Below are positions 30,911-43,658 of a stretch of DNA of 62,903 bases, piece by piece (the stretch's first letter is position 1; each line of letters opens with the position of its first letter). The position numbers and the translations under genes were made by a program. The DNA is from an uncultured Oxalobacter sp. (lineage in GTDB: Bacteria; Pseudomonadota; Gammaproteobacteria; Burkholderiales; Burkholderiaceae_D): contig CAZRQR010000001.1 of the NCBI GenBank assembly GCA_964602435.1, forward strand, positions 1 to 62,903, written 5' to 3'. The notes beneath the pieces were generated by a model, which worked only from the letters and a program-made list of their open reading frames with translations, was not told the DNA's origin and made no database searches.

Positions 30911-31579
30911 ATGGTAAAACTCGTTTTCTGGCTTTTGCTGGCCATTAATATCGTTGTATTTGCAACGACACTGGATACTTCCGATACTGCAAAAACACCA
31001 ACACAAATTTCAACTCCGGCCCCGATCAGACAGGAAAAGATCCTGATCCTGTCTTCCTCTCCGGATCCCTTGCCCGCTTCCGGGCCGAAACAGAAAGACG
31101 GACAGCCAGCGACGACCTGCATCGAAATCGGAAATTTCAGTCCCCGGGACGCTGATATTTTCGAAGAGAAAATGGCCCTTCCATCGGACAATGTGAACCG
31201 GATAACAACCAGTACCGCCTCAAGCTATATGGTTTACATCCCACCATCCGGAAACATGAAAACTGCAGACAGAAAAATTGCCGAATTGAAAGAAAAAGGT
31301 ATTGCCAACTATTTTCTCATCCCGGAAGGAAAATTCCGGCACGCCATTTCACTGGGAATCTTCAAAACTGAAGATTCCGCCAAAAAACTGATTACCGAAC
31401 TGGAAAAACGCGGTATCCATGACGCAGTCATTGCCGGTCGTGGAAAAATGACCCGGAATATTGTCTTCAGGATAAACGGCCTGGACAGCCGCCAACTGGA
31501 TCACATAAACAATCTGCTTGCGCAATATCCGCAAACAGACCGAAAAGACTGCCTGCAATCCGATGAAATCTCCCGGTAA
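30911..31579 (+). CDS. SPOR-domain membrane-anchored protein
   Basis: FWLLLAIN anchor, CIEIG.F, YMVYIPP, AISLGIF; coaX neighbour. Confidence 0.82.
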   Translation: MVKLVFWLLLAINIVVFATTLDTSDTAKTPTQISTPAPIRQEKILILSSSPDPLPASGPKQKDGQPATTCIEIGNFSPRDADIFEEKMALPSDNVNRITTSTASSYMVYIPPSGNMKTADRKIAELKEKGIANYFLIPEGKFRHAISLGIFKTEDSAKKLITELEKRGIHDAVIAGRGKMTRNIVFRINGLDSRQLDHINNLLAQYPQTDRKDCLQSDEISR

Positions 31580-31727
31580 ATACCATACCAGGTGTCTCCC
31601 AAACCGGAAAAGTTGGCTATAATGTTCCCGTTTTTCATATCTTCCAAAAATGGAAGCAAAACAGTCACTTGAACCGGTTTGATCAGTCCTGTTTGTGTTC
31701 CCAACCCAACTTTTATTGTGAGCAGCC

Positions 31728-32369
31728 ATGAAGTTCCAAATCATTCCTGTTACTCCTTTCCAGCAAAATTGCACCCTGATGTGGGACGAAACGACCAACA
31801 AGGCCGCAGTTGTCGATCCGGGCGGCGATATCAACAAAATCAGTGAAGCGCTGAAACAGTACAATCTGACTCTGGAAAAAGTGCTCGTGACCCACGGTCA
31901 TCTGGACCATTGCGGCGGTGCAAGAAAACTGGCAGATCTTTATAACGTACCCATCGAAGGACCAAACAAGGAGGACGCATGGCTGCTGGAACAGCTGAAC
32001 TCCGACCAGACACGCATGTGGGGCCTTCCTCCCGGCGATCCGTTCACGCCTGACCGCTGGCTCAATCAGGGAGACGAAGTGACTGTAGGCAATGAAACCC
32101 TGCAAGTATTCCATTGCCCGGGACATTCACCCGGACACGTTATTTTTTTCCATGCACCGACAAAAGTCGCCATTTCCGGTGACGTGCTTTTTGCCGGCTC
32201 CATCGGCCGCACAGATCTGCCCAAAGGCAGCTTCAAGGCCCTGGAAAAATCCATTCGGGAAAACATGTACACACTGGGCGATGATGTCCAGTTCATTCCC
32301 GGACACGGCCCGGTCTCTTCCATCGGTCAGGAGCGTCGTGGCAACTCCTTTGTGAGGGATAAAAATTAA
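31728..32369 (+). CDS. MBL-fold metallo-hydrolase (YcbL/GloC glyoxalase II-like)
   Basis: PVTPFQQNC, THGHLDH, PGHSPGH, GDVLF.GSIGRTD, PGHG. Confidence 0.93.
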   Translation: MKFQIIPVTPFQQNCTLMWDETTNKAAVVDPGGDINKISEALKQYNLTLEKVLVTHGHLDHCGGARKLADLYNVPIEGPNKEDAWLLEQLNSDQTRMWGLPPGDPFTPDRWLNQGDEVTVGNETLQVFHCPGHSPGHVIFFHAPTKVAISGDVLFAGSIGRTDLPKGSFKALEKSIRENMYTLGDDVQFIPGHGPVSSIGQERRGNSFVRDKN

Positions 32370-32483
32370 TCCTGATATTTTCCATTAGATATTTCCCGGA
32401 ACCCCTTATTTTTCAATAAGAAAAATCAACCTCGTGAAGTTTCAAATAAGAAATAAATTGCATATTTTGTAGGCAAAATTTCA

Positions 32484-32513
32484 TTGACCGCAAATTTGTA
32501 ACACAAGTATAAT
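32484..32513 (+). promoter_or_regulatory. sigma70 promoter of the atp operon
   Basis: TTGACC-18 bp-TATAAT about 100 nt upstream of atpI. Confidence 0.7.
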
Positions 32514-32616
32514 TCGGGAGGTTTGATGTTGAACAGAATGTTGGTCTTGAATGAGGATTTCGTACATTCTGTTGGCACGTACCTGAATTGATAAAGGCAG
32601 CCAATCGGGATCAATC

Positions 32617-32961
32617 ATGGTACGTGTTCTTTTGTGGCAGTTTGTTATTGCAGTCATCATTGCTCTGATTGCGGTATTGACAGGAGGTCATTCATCCGGA
32701 ATCGCAGCAATGCTGGCGGGACTGAGTTGTGTTGTTCCAAATGTGTTTTTTTTTCTGGGCCTTTTTCTGGCACAAAAAATCTTTCACAAGATCGTCCCTG
32801 CCACGTTTTTTGTAATGGAACTCCTGAAAATCATTATCTCGATTTTGATGGTGATTCTGGTTTTCTGGTTCTGCCGGGATATAAAGTGGATAGCGTTCAT
32901 TGTGAGTTATATTCTGGTTCTTAAAAGCTATGTTTTTTTATTATTGAAACTGAAGAGTTGA
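32617..32961 (+). CDS. atpI: ATP synthase subunit I
   Basis: Small hydrophobic ORF with G....VPN..F and ELLK motifs at the head of the atp operon. Confidence 0.85.
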   Translation: MVRVLLWQFVIAVIIALIAVLTGGHSSGIAAMLAGLSCVVPNVFFFLGLFLAQKIFHKIVPATFFVMELLKIIISILMVILVFWFCRDIKWIAFIVSYILVLKSYVFLLLKLKS

Positions 32962-32963
32962 TC

Positions 32964-33800
32964 ATGTCTGCAGATGCTCATACGCCAACATTGGCAGAAT
33001 ACGTTACCCACCACCTTCAAAATTTTGGAACAAGCCATCAGGAAAAGATCATCGATTTTTCCATTATCAATCTTGACACCGTCTTCTGGTCCGTTTTCTG
33101 CGGCGCTTTCGCTTGCATCTTCATGTACATTGTCGCTCGCAAGGCAACCTCCGATACACCTAACCGAGTTCAATCCATGATTGAAGTCTTGGTTGAAATG
33201 GCTGACTCGCAGTCCAAAGCCCAGATTCATGGTGACCGCCGCTTTATTGCGCCACTTGCACTTACCATGTTTGTCTGGATTTCACTGATGAACTGTATGG
33301 ACTTTCTGCCGGTTGACCTGTTCGGGCAGATTTTCACTTGGTTAGGGCTGAGCAAATACATTCCTTATCATCGTGCAGTTCCCACATCCGATTTGAACGG
33401 TACCGTCGGTATTTCACTCGGTGTCGTCATTCTGATGGTTTATTTCGGCATCAAGGTAAAAGGCCTGAAAGGATTTTTGCACGAACTGTTCGGCGCACCT
33501 TTCGGACTTGCACTGGCACCTGCCAACTTTATTCTGAACTGCATTGAATATATTTCAAAAATGGTGTCACTTGCCATGCGGCTTTGGGGAAACATGTACG
33601 CAGGCGAACTTCTGTTTTTGATGATTGCCATGCTGGGTGCCTATGCATCCCTGTCGATTGGAGGTTCATTCCTTTTCTTCGGGCATGTCGTCGCCGGCGC
33701 AATCTGGGCAATCTTCCATATTCTGATTGTCTTTTTGCAGGCTTTTATTTTCATGATGCTAACGCTCGTCTATCTGGGCTTGGCTCATGAAGGACATTAA
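32964..33800 (+). CDS. atpB: F0F1 ATP synthase subunit a
   Basis: EYVTHHLQN, IAPLALT, SLAMRLWGNMYAGE (essential Arg), LQAFIFMMLT. Confidence 0.97.
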   Translation: MSADAHTPTLAEYVTHHLQNFGTSHQEKIIDFSIINLDTVFWSVFCGAFACIFMYIVARKATSDTPNRVQSMIEVLVEMADSQSKAQIHGDRRFIAPLALTMFVWISLMNCMDFLPVDLFGQIFTWLGLSKYIPYHRAVPTSDLNGTVGISLGVVILMVYFGIKVKGLKGFLHELFGAPFGLALAPANFILNCIEYISKMVSLAMRLWGNMYAGELLFLMIAMLGAYASLSIGGSFLFFGHVVAGAIWAIFHILIVFLQAFIFMMLTLVYLGLAHEGH

Positions 33801-33804
33801 TTAA

Positions 33805-34107
<303 letters not shown>

Positions 34108-34177
34108 ACTGTTGAATTTCGGATGGAAACATCCGAAGCACAAACATGGCGCAATACTATTTTAAAAGGAAAATACC

Positions 34178-34648
34178 GTGAATTTAAATGCGACTTTATT
34201 CGCGCAATTCGTGGTCTTTATTGTTCTTGCCATATTCACGGCAAAAGTAGTATGGCCACCATTGGTTAAAGTTCTTGATGAACGCGCGAAACGAATTCAG
34301 GAAGGTTTGACTGCGGCAGACCGCAGCAAACAGGAAATGATCGCCGTGCAAAAGCATGTTCAGTCTGAAATTGCAAAGGCAAGGGAAGAAGGTCAGAAGC
34401 GGATTCAGGAAGCTGAAACACGGGCGCAGCAGATTGCAGATGACATCAAGCATGATGCAGAGAATGAAGCTGCCGAGATTATTGCACAGGCCAAGGCTCA
34501 GGCCGACCTGCAAATCAGGCAGGCCAGGGAACAGCTTCGCGCTGAAGTTGCCACTCTTGCCGTCAAGGGGGCAGAGCAGATTCTCAAACGCGAAATCGAC
34601 GCACAAGCTCACGCCGATTTGTTAAACAAAATTTCTGCTGAACTTTAA
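34178..34648 (+). CDS. atpF: F0F1 ATP synthase subunit b
   Basis: [27 protein letters not shown]. Confidence 0.97.
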   Translation: MNLNATLFAQFVVFIVLAIFTAKVVWPPLVKVLDERAKRIQEGLTAADRSKQEMIAVQKHVQSEIAKAREEGQKRIQEAETRAQQIADDIKHDAENEAAEIIAQAKAQADLQIRQAREQLRAEVATLAVKGAEQILKREIDAQAHADLLNKISAEL

Positions 34649-34650
34649 TT

Positions 34651-35181
34651 ATGGAAATAGCTACTGTAGCGCGCCCATATGCTGAAGCCCTGTTTCAGAT
34701 AGCTCAGAAGCAGGATCTCGTGCGCTGGTCACAATTGATCGAGGCACTGGCAAACATTGGTTCGCATCCTCAGGTGCTCGAGGTTGCAAACAATCCCAAG
34801 CTGAGAAAAGATCAGATCGCTGAGATTCTTTTTCAGATTTTCCATTGTGAAAATGATGAACCGGTCAAAAATTTCATCAAGGTATTGGTGGATAATGACC
34901 GCGTTTCCCTGTTACCTGAAATCGCCCGACAATTCGAGGAATTGAAGAACGCAAGCCAAGGCTCGGCAATTGCCCAAATAGTCAGTGCTTTTCCGTTAAC
35001 GGAAGCTCAAACGAATGAACTTGTCGGCAAATTGGAGAAGCGGTTTGGACGCAAGCTCATTCCCACGGTCAAGATAGACAGTTCTCTTATCGGCGGTGTT
35101 TCTGTCACCGTTGGTGATGAGGTTCTGGATTTGTCTGTACGTGGGAAGCTGCAAAGAATGCAGGAAACCCTTGTTTCGTAA
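34651..35181 (+). CDS. atpH: F0F1 ATP synthase subunit delta
   Basis: [16 protein letters not shown]...VGDEVLD.SV. Confidence 0.97.
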   Translation: MEIATVARPYAEALFQIAQKQDLVRWSQLIEALANIGSHPQVLEVANNPKLRKDQIAEILFQIFHCENDEPVKNFIKVLVDNDRVSLLPEIARQFEELKNASQGSAIAQIVSAFPLTEAQTNELVGKLEKRFGRKLIPTVKIDSSLIGGVSVTVGDEVLDLSVRGKLQRMQETLVS

Positions 35182-35231
35182 TCAAGCTGCTTGATGCGGC
35201 GCGAACCGATAGAACAAAATTAGGAGTTAGT

Positions 35232-36782
35232 ATGTTACTAAACCCGTCCGAAATCAGTGATCTGATTAAGAATCGGATAGAGAATCTTGGTGATTTTGCC
35301 GAGATTCGCAATCAGGGTACCGTTATTTCCGTCTCTGACGGTATCTGCCGTATACATGGTCTCTCTGATGTCATGCAGGGGGAAATGCTTGAGTTTCCCG
35401 GAAATACATTTGGACTGGCGCTGAACCTGGAACGCGATTCGGTTGGTGCCGTTGTTCTGGGTGCCTATGAACACATTTCCGAAGGTGATACTGTCAAGTG
35501 TACAGGCCGTATTTTGGAAGTTCCAACCGGTCCTGAACTGATTGGCCGTGTTGTGGACGCGCTGGGCTCACCTATTGATGGCAAAGGGCCCGTCAATACA
35601 AAACTGACAAGTCCAATTGAAAAGATTGCCCCGGGCGTTATTGCACGCCAGTCCGTTTCCCAGCCAATGCAAACCGGGCTGAAAGCGATTGACTCCATGG
35701 TTCCGATTGGACGTGGCCAGCGCGAACTGATCATTGGTGACCGCCAGACAGGAAAAACGGCTGTTGCGATTGATACCATCATCAATCAAAAGGGACAGGA
35801 CATGGTCTGTATTTATGTTGCGATCGGCCAGAAGGCATCGTCAATCAAAAATACCGTTCGTGCCCTCGAAGAAAACGGTGCGATGGATTACACCATTGTG
35901 GTTGCCGCAACCGCATCCGAATCGGCTGCAATGCAGTACATCGCCCCGTATGCCGGTTGCGCCATGGGAGAATATTTCCGTGACCGCGGTCAGGATGCCC
36001 TGATTGTATATGACGATTTGTCCAAACAGGCTGTTGCCTACCGTCAAGTTTCCCTGTTGTTGCGCCGTCCGCCTGGACGTGAAGCTTTCCCTGGCGACGT
36101 CTTTTATTTGCATTCCCGTCTGCTCGAACGTGCAGCACGTGTCAATGAGCACTATGTCGAACAGTTCACAAATGGTGAAGTCAAGGGCAAAACCGGATCG
36201 CTGACTGCCTTGCCGATTATTGAAACACAGGCTGGTGACGTTTCCGCTTTCGTTCCGACCAATGTCATTTCCATTACGGACGGCCAGATTTTCCTGGAAA
36301 CAAACCTGTTCAATGCTGGTATTCGTCCTGCCATTAACGCAGGTATTTCCGTTTCCCGCGTCGGTGGTGCAGCACAGACCAAAGCGATCAAGAGTCTTTC
36401 CGGCGGTATCCGTACCGACTTGGCACAGTATCGTGAACTGGCAGCATTTGCCCAATTCGCATCCGATCTTGATGAAGCAACCAGACGCCAGCTTGACCGT
36501 GGTGCCCGCGTTACCGAATTGCTGAAACAGAACCAGTATTCTCCGCTTCCGATTTCACTGATGTCGGTTTCCCTGTTTGCTGTCAACAGCGGTTTTCTGG
36601 ATGATGTCGAAGTGAAGGATGTTCTTCCTTTTGAAGCTGAACTGCATGCTTACATGAAGGAAAATTACTCCGATCTTCTGAGAAGAATTGATGAAAACAA
36701 GAAGCTGGACAAGGATGATGAATCGACTCTCGCCGCAGCAATTACCGATTTCAAACAAGTCCGGGCCCAGAAGGCTGCCTGA
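35232..36782 (+). CDS. atpA: F0F1 ATP synthase subunit alpha
   Basis: [29 protein letters not shown]. Confidence 0.99.
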   Translation: MLLNPSEISDLIKNRIENLGDFAEIRNQGTVISVSDGICRIHGLSDVMQGEMLEFPGNTFGLALNLERDSVGAVVLGAYEHISEGDTVKCTGRILEVPTGPELIGRVVDALGSPIDGKGPVNTKLTSPIEKIAPGVIARQSVSQPMQTGLKAIDSMVPIGRGQRELIIGDRQTGKTAVAIDTIINQKGQDMVCIYVAIGQKASSIKNTVRALEENGAMDYTIVVAATASESAAMQYIAPYAGCAMGEYFRDRGQDALIVYDDLSKQAVAYRQVSLLLRRPPGREAFPGDVFYLHSRLLERAARVNEHYVEQFTNGEVKGKTGSLTALPIIETQAGDVSAFVPTNVISITDGQIFLETNLFNAGIRPAINAGISVSRVGGAAQTKAIKSLSGGIRTDLAQYRELAAFAQFASDLDEATRRQLDRGARVTELLKQNQYSPLPISLMSVSLFAVNSGFLDDVEVKDVLPFEAELHAYMKENYSDLLRRIDENKKLDKDDESTLAAAITDFKQVRAQKAA

Positions 36783-36820
36783 TTGATGATTTAACTTGAC
36801 GCGACAAGGAGTAAAGCCTC

Positions 36821-37690
36821 ATGGCATCAGGCAAGGAAATACGCAGCCAGATAAGCAGCGTGGAAAATACGAGGAAAATTACCAAGGCTATGGAAATGGT
36901 GGCTGCATCCAAAATGCGCAAGGCGCAGGACAGGATGCGTGCAAGCCGGCCCTATAGTGAAATTGTTCGCAATATTGCAGCTCACCTGGCGGAAGCCAAT
37001 CCGGATTATGTCCATCCTTTTACGGTTGAACGGGAAACATCCAAACGAATCGGACTGGTTGTCGTGACAACGGACAAAGGGTTGTGTGGCGGCCTCAATA
37101 CCAATATATTGAGAGTGGTCACCAACAAAATGAAGGAAGAGGAAGCCAAGGGTAACAGTATTCTGACCGTAGCGATCGGTACAAAGGGTCTGGGGTTTCT
37201 GAACCGTATTGGTGCAAAGGTCGTATCTTCTGTTGTTCAATTGGGAGACGCTCCGCGTCTGGAACAATTGATTGGTCCTTTCAAGGCATTGATGGATGAA
37301 TACAATGCAGAAAATTTGGATGCGATTTATCTGTGTTACAACAAATTCATCAACACAATGAGACAGGAACCGGTAATTGACCAGTTGTTGCCGTTACCGA
37401 AAGATACTCTCAAGGTAGAAACAAAAACCTCGACTTGGGAATATATTTACGAACCGGACGCGGCTTCTGTTATTGACACATTGCTGCAACGCTATATCGA
37501 AGCACTGCTTTACCAGTCAGTAGCTGAAAATATCGGGTCAGAACAATCTGCGCGAATGGTGGCCATGAAAGCTGCGAGCGACAATGCCGGAAATGTCATC
37601 TCGGATCTGAGACTGATCTACAACAAGACCCGGCAGGCGGCGATTACAACCGAGTTGTCCGAAATTGTTGCCGGTGCTGCCGCAGTTTGA
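36821..37690 (+). CDS. atpG: F0F1 ATP synthase subunit gamma
   Basis: [33 protein letters not shown]. Confidence 0.98.
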   Translation: MASGKEIRSQISSVENTRKITKAMEMVAASKMRKAQDRMRASRPYSEIVRNIAAHLAEANPDYVHPFTVERETSKRIGLVVVTTDKGLCGGLNTNILRVVTNKMKEEEAKGNSILTVAIGTKGLGFLNRIGAKVVSSVVQLGDAPRLEQLIGPFKALMDEYNAENLDAIYLCYNKFINTMRQEPVIDQLLPLPKDTLKVETKTSTWEYIYEPDAASVIDTLLQRYIEALLYQSVAENIGSEQSARMVAMKAASDNAGNVISDLRLIYNKTRQAAITTELSEIVAGAAAV

Positions 37691-37724
37691 TAGTGGTCAG
37701 TTAGTATTGCATTAAAACGAATAA

Positions 37725-39122
<1,398 letters not shown>

Positions 39123-39214
39123 TCGGTTGTGTTCTGATCTGCTGCATGGGAATCTATTTCTCATGCAGCGACAAAAGTCAATCAAGCAATTGAACGATCA
39201 TAAAGGTTTCAAAC

Positions 39215-39643
39215 ATGGCAAACACCATACATGTTGACGTTGTTTCGGCAGAAGAATTGATTTTTTCTGGAGAAGCTGAATTCGTCGTGTTGCCGGGTGA
39301 AATGGGCGAGCTGGGTATTCTTCCCCGTCATGCTCCTTTGATTACCCGCATCAAACCTGGTGCCGTGCGTATCAAAATCAGCGGCAAGCAAGACGAGGAA
39401 TACGTCTTCGTTGCAGGCGGTGTTCTTGAAGTTCAGCCGCATGCTGTTACTGTTTTGGCCGATACGGCAATCCGGGCGAAGGATCTTGATGAAGCCAAAG
39501 CAAATGAGGCGAAAAAACTTGCACAAGATGCGATCATGAACCGTGATTCGCAAATTGACTATGCCAAGGCACAGGCAGAAATCGCACAAGCTATCGCGCA
39601 ACTGGCATTGATCAAACGGCTCCAAAACCATCGGAAACACTGA
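39215..39643 (+). CDS. atpC: F0F1 ATP synthase subunit epsilon
   Basis: [28 protein letters not shown]. Confidence 0.97.
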   Translation: MANTIHVDVVSAEELIFSGEAEFVVLPGEMGELGILPRHAPLITRIKPGAVRIKISGKQDEEYVFVAGGVLEVQPHAVTVLADTAIRAKDLDEAKANEAKKLAQDAIMNRDSQIDYAKAQAEIAQAIAQLALIKRLQNHRKH

Positions 39644-39660
39644 TTCATTTTCATTTATGA

Positions 39661-39689
39661 AAAAGGGCATCTTGAAGATGCCTTTTTTT
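39661..39689. terminator. Bidirectional terminator between atpC and argB
   Basis: AAAAG-GGCATCT-tga-AGATGCC-TTTTTTT. Confidence 0.8.
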
Positions 39690-39705
39690 ATTTCTGCTTT
39701 TCAGA

Positions 39706-40587
39706 TCAATGTGAGCGGATCAGGGTACCGAAAGGCTGTTCAGTCAGAATTTCAAGTAGAAGGGAATGTTCAATCCGGCCATCAATGATATGAACGGAAT
39801 TCACACCTGATTTGGCTGCATCCAGAGCTGATCCGATTTTCGGCAGCATACCGCCGGAAATCGTCCCATCGGCAAACAATGCTTCTATCTCGTGCGCCGT
39901 CAAATCGGTCAGCAATTTTTCCTGTTTATCGAGTACACCTGGCGTATTGGTCATCATGATCAATTTTTCCGCTCTCAGAATCTGGGCAATTTCGCCGGCA
40001 ACGACATCCGCATTGATATTGTATGCCTGACCATCGTCACTGAATCCGATAGGTGAAATAACAGGAATGAATGCATCGTCCTGCAAGGCTTTGACAACTG
40101 CCGGATTGATCGAGGTAATTCTTCCGACATAACCCAAGTCGATAAACTTGCCGGGATTGTCCTTGTCCGGCATCTGCATTTTTTCGGCATGTATGAGACC
40201 ACCATCCTTGCCCGTCAATCCGACAGCCTGACCGCCATACTGATTGATAAGCATGACGATATCCTGTTGCACTTCACCTCCAAGTACCCATTCGACTACC
40301 TCCATGGTCTCTTCGTCCGTAATTCTCATCCCCTGGACAAAAATGCCGCTTTTACCAACCTTTCTCAAGGCATTGTCAATCTGGGGACCACCTCCATGCA
40401 CAACGACCGGATTCATGCCAACCAGTTTCAACAGGACGACGTCACGGGCAAATCCATGTTTCAGTCTTTCTTCTGTCATGGCATTGCCACCATATTTGAT
40501 AACAATGGTTTTTCCATGAAATTTCCGGATATATGGTAAAGCCTCGGCGAGGATTTCCGCTTTTATTTTCGGTTCGAGATTGCTCAT
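39706..40587 (-). CDS. argB: Acetylglutamate kinase
   Basis: [27 protein letters not shown]. Confidence 0.98.
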   Translation of the reverse strand: MSNLEPKIKAEILAEALPYIRKFHGKTIVIKYGGNAMTEERLKHGFARDVVLLKLVGMNPVVVHGGGPQIDNALRKVGKSGIFVQGMRITDEETMEVVEWVLGGEVQQDIVMLINQYGGQAVGLTGKDGGLIHAEKMQMPDKDNPGKFIDLGYVGRITSINPAVVKALQDDAFIPVISPIGFSDDGQAYNINADVVAGEIAQILRAEKLIMMTNTPGVLDKQEKLLTDLTAHEIEALFADGTISGGMLPKIGSALDAAKSGVNSVHIIDGRIEHSLLLEILTEQPFGTLIRSH

Positions 40588-40679
40588 TGTGACCTCACGA
40601 CATGTTAAAGCGATGGCAGAAAAAACGATGCAAAAAAGAAATCAAACTGTTGGATTTTACCGTTTAATCACGCAAAGAA

Positions 40680-41444
40680 TTACCGGTTTGTAACAGGACG
40701 GCCAAAAATATCCCGGTAAGTGGGATAAAAGGAACAATACATCCATACCGACAATATGACAGACAATATGAAGACAACAAAAGTGGCAACAGACTGTCCG
40801 AAAAAAATACTCAAGATGGTCGCCGACAGATAAGGCAACAAAATACAAAGTGCAATCCAGCCGACCATATAAACCGCAAACGGCCTGTATTCCCTAGCAA
40901 CAGTAAAAAAACTGTAAAAAAGCGCTTTTCCAAGACTCATGTTTTTCCAGCCGATCAGCGGGGCAGCAAACCACATCGCCATGGCAAACGGAATATAGGC
41001 AGCGAAAATCAGACCCAGTGCAATAAACATGCTGCCCAGTCCGGAAACGGGCAATTTGCCCGATTCATTCCGGGCAAAAAGGGAAAACAGATTGCCGCCT
41101 TCCACAAGAAAAGACAATCCAGTTGCAAGCAGTGCAAAGAGCAGATAACACCCGCCAGCCGACATCAGCCGTAATATGACCGGGCGATCCAATATGCCGA
41201 AAAGTTCACGAAAAGTGACTGGTTCTTCCACGTCAATCATAAAACAGGCCTGCATAAACAGGAACGTAAAAACAGGCGTTATCAACGCAGGAAGAATCTG
41301 GCCTACGAACGGAATCATGCTCAGCAGGATCATGCAAACTAGGTAAGCGAAAAACAGATTGGTCAGAAAAAAGGGTCTTTTCCTGAATAATGCCAAGCCA
41401 TTCAGGATCCATTCCCATCCGGTTCTCGCTTTCAGTGAATTCAT
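40680..41444 (-). CDS. BPSS1780-family membrane protein
   Basis: A.TGW.W...G..LF, multiple TM helices, WFAAPL..W, Y.TYRDIF; downstream of thrB. Confidence 0.75.
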   Translation of the reverse strand: MNSLKARTGWEWILNGLALFRKRPFFLTNLFFAYLVCMILLSMIPFVGQILPALITPVFTFLFMQACFMIDVEEPVTFRELFGILDRPVILRLMSAGGCYLLFALLATGLSFLVEGGNLFSLFARNESGKLPVSGLGSMFIALGLIFAAYIPFAMAMWFAAPLIGWKNMSLGKALFYSFFTVAREYRPFAVYMVGWIALCILLPYLSATILSIFFGQSVATFVVFILSVILSVWMYCSFYPTYRDIFGRPVTNR

Positions 41445-42400
41445 AAGACAAGTTCTGGTGCGGGTTGTGCAATCCGCAATCTCAAGATACGTTCGAAATG
41501 GCGCGGGTCGTGCGGAGTCAGTATTTCCGCCTCACGCGGCAGATAAAAATCATACAGGCGGGAAATCCAGAACCGCAATGCAGCGCCTCTCAACATGGTT
41601 TTCCATGCAGCACATTCATCAAGCGTAAAAGGACGAATGGCATGATAGGCCCCTAGAAATGCCCTGACACGATCCGGATCCAGTTCACCTGACTCAAGAT
41701 CGATACACCAGTCATTGATGGCCACAGCCACATCGAACAACCACGTATCATCACCCGCAAAATAGAAATCGAAAAAACCGGTCAGTCGGGTACCATCGAA
41801 CATTACATTGTTACGGAATAAATCGGCATGGATAGGCCCGCGGAAAAGTTTCCAGTAAAGACCCGTTTCAGCGAACTCTTCCTGAAAACGCAATTCGTCC
41901 TGAAGCATGAACGACGAATCGGCAGGCAAATATGAAAGTACAAGCGGAACCGTTTTTTTCCACCATTCGAGGCCTCTGGGATTTGGCTGTTGAAGTGGAT
42001 AATCCTGTCCGGCAAGATGCATTTTCGCCATCATGTCCCCAACCTGTGCACAATGGATTGTTCCGGGTTCCGGTTGCCAGTCTCCTTCCAGTTTCGTGAC
42101 AAGACACGCCGGTTTTCCGCATAATGAATGAAGAATCCTGCCATTATTGTCCGGAACAGGTGCCGGCACCCTGATTCCTTTTCGGGCAAGATGCTGCATC
42201 AGATTGAGATAAAAAGGCAATTCATCAAAAGTCAGTTTTTCAAAAAGAGTGAGAACATACTCCCCTTTTTCTGTGGAAACAAAAAAGTTGCTGTTTTCGA
42301 TTCCTGAACTGATTCCTTTGATGTTTCTGACTGAACCCAAAGAAAAAGATGAAATCCAAGGGATCAGATCCTGCAGACTGACCGGTGTAAACACTGCCAT
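41441..42400 (-). CDS. thrB: Homoserine kinase type II
   Basis: [34 protein letters not shown]. Confidence 0.96.
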   Translation of the reverse strand: MAVFTPVSLQDLIPWISSFSLGSVRNIKGISSGIENSNFFVSTEKGEYVLTLFEKLTFDELPFYLNLMQHLARKGIRVPAPVPDNNGRILHSLCGKPACLVTKLEGDWQPEPGTIHCAQVGDMMAKMHLAGQDYPLQQPNPRGLEWWKKTVPLVLSYLPADSSFMLQDELRFQEEFAETGLYWKLFRGPIHADLFRNNVMFDGTRLTGFFDFYFAGDDTWLFDVAVAINDWCIDLESGELDPDRVRAFLGAYHAIRPFTLDECAAWKTMLRGAALRFWISRLYDFYLPREAEILTPHDPRHFERILRLRIAQPAPELVL

Positions 42401-42451
42401 GAGTTATCCAGGCGATTAAGCAATAATGAAAAACATCCTGCGCCTCATCTG

Positions 42452-42865
42452 TCAGTTCATTGACGGAGGAGGTAATGCTGGAGCATTCAGCGGCTCAACG
42501 ACTTCTTCTTTCTTTTCATCCTGTTTGGATTCCACGATGTCGAATTCATGTATCTTCCACAATGCCGGTTTTACTTCATTGCTTTCAAAGGAACCCGGAA
42601 CGCCATTCGGTCCATTTGGAAAAAGGTAATACGTACTGGGACCGCTTTTCACCTTGATTTCTTCCACAATTCCACCCTGACGCTTTTCTGTAATTTCACC
42701 CGTCATGTCCGGTTTACGAATGGTGATGGCAGGCTGATCAACTTCATCGATAATTTCCAGTTCCTGCACTTGTGGCGACTGCTGTACATCCTGTCCCACT
42801 GCCACAGACGTAACCGCCAAAGCAGCTAGCACGATGGTTTTTCTGAGATGAAAAAATGATTGCAT
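42452..42865 (-). CDS. DUF2782-like exported protein
   Basis: Signal peptide; P.ITIR, ITEKR..G....IKV.SG.STYYL; start 42865 preferred. Confidence 0.7.
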   Translation of the reverse strand: MQSFFHLRKTIVLAALAVTSVAVGQDVQQSPQVQELEIIDEVDQPAITIRKPDMTGEITEKRQGGIVEEIKVKSGPSTYYLFPNGPNGVPGSFESNEVKPALWKIHEFDIVESKQDEKKEEVVEPLNAPALPPPSMN

Positions 42866-42920
42866 GGTGGTTGGTGCCAATATAATGAATGGATAAGATA
42901 TTGTAACAAACGGATCCTGT

Positions 42921-43658
42921 TTACAGGTAAAGCATTTTCTGCCTTTCTTCTTCGGAGGGCCCCATCGCACGTTTTTCGTAAAACGAGAAAATCGCTTCAA
43001 GTACCTTGTCGGTTTCATCGATTATCTGCATCAACTCGATATCTTCGCGGTTCACCATTCCCTCGACCAGCAAAGAATCATATAACCAGTCGATAAATCC
43101 CTTCCAGAATTTGCTTCCCACCAGAATGACAGGAATGCGGCGTGATTTTCCTGTCTGGATCAAAGTCAGGACCTCACTCATTTCATCAAGTGTTCCGAAT
43201 CCGCCCGGAAACAGGACAAAAGCGTCAGCATATTTGGCAAAAGCCACTTTTCTGGCAAAAAAATGTCTGAAATTCAGGGAAACATCCTGCCAATGATTAG
43301 GTGCCTGTTCATGTGGCAATTCGATATTCAATCCGACAGAAAGCGATTTTCCTTCGTAGGCGCCACGGTTCGCTGCCGCCATAATACCTGGACCACCGCC
43401 GGAAATAACGGCAAAACCAGCATCGGACAATCTTCTCGCTAGCTCCATACATTGAATATAGTAGGGACTGTCCGGATGGACACGGGCAGAGCCGAAAATC
43501 GTGACGGCCGGATTTATTTCCGAAAGACGTTCTGTCGATTCGATAAATTCTGACATAATGGAGAACATGCTCCAAGATTCTCTGGCCTTGAGAATCGTTG
43601 CATAATTAACATCGGTGATTTCGTGCAATTTGAGCACGCTTTTTGCGTTTTCTTCCAT
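42921..43658 (-). CDS. LOG family (TIGR00730) nucleotide phosphoribohydrolase
   Basis: IFGSAR, SGGGPGIM, GLNIELPHEQ, FFARK, PGGFGTLDE. Confidence 0.95.
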   Translation of the reverse strand: MEENAKSVLKLHEITDVNYATILKARESWSMFSIMSEFIESTERLSEINPAVTIFGSARVHPDSPYYIQCMELARRLSDAGFAVISGGGPGIMAAANRGAYEGKSLSVGLNIELPHEQAPNHWQDVSLNFRHFFARKVAFAKYADAFVLFPGGFGTLDEMSEVLTLIQTGKSRRIPVILVGSKFWKGFIDWLYDSLLVEGMVNREDIELMQIIDETDKVLEAIFSFYEKRAMGPSEEERQKMLYL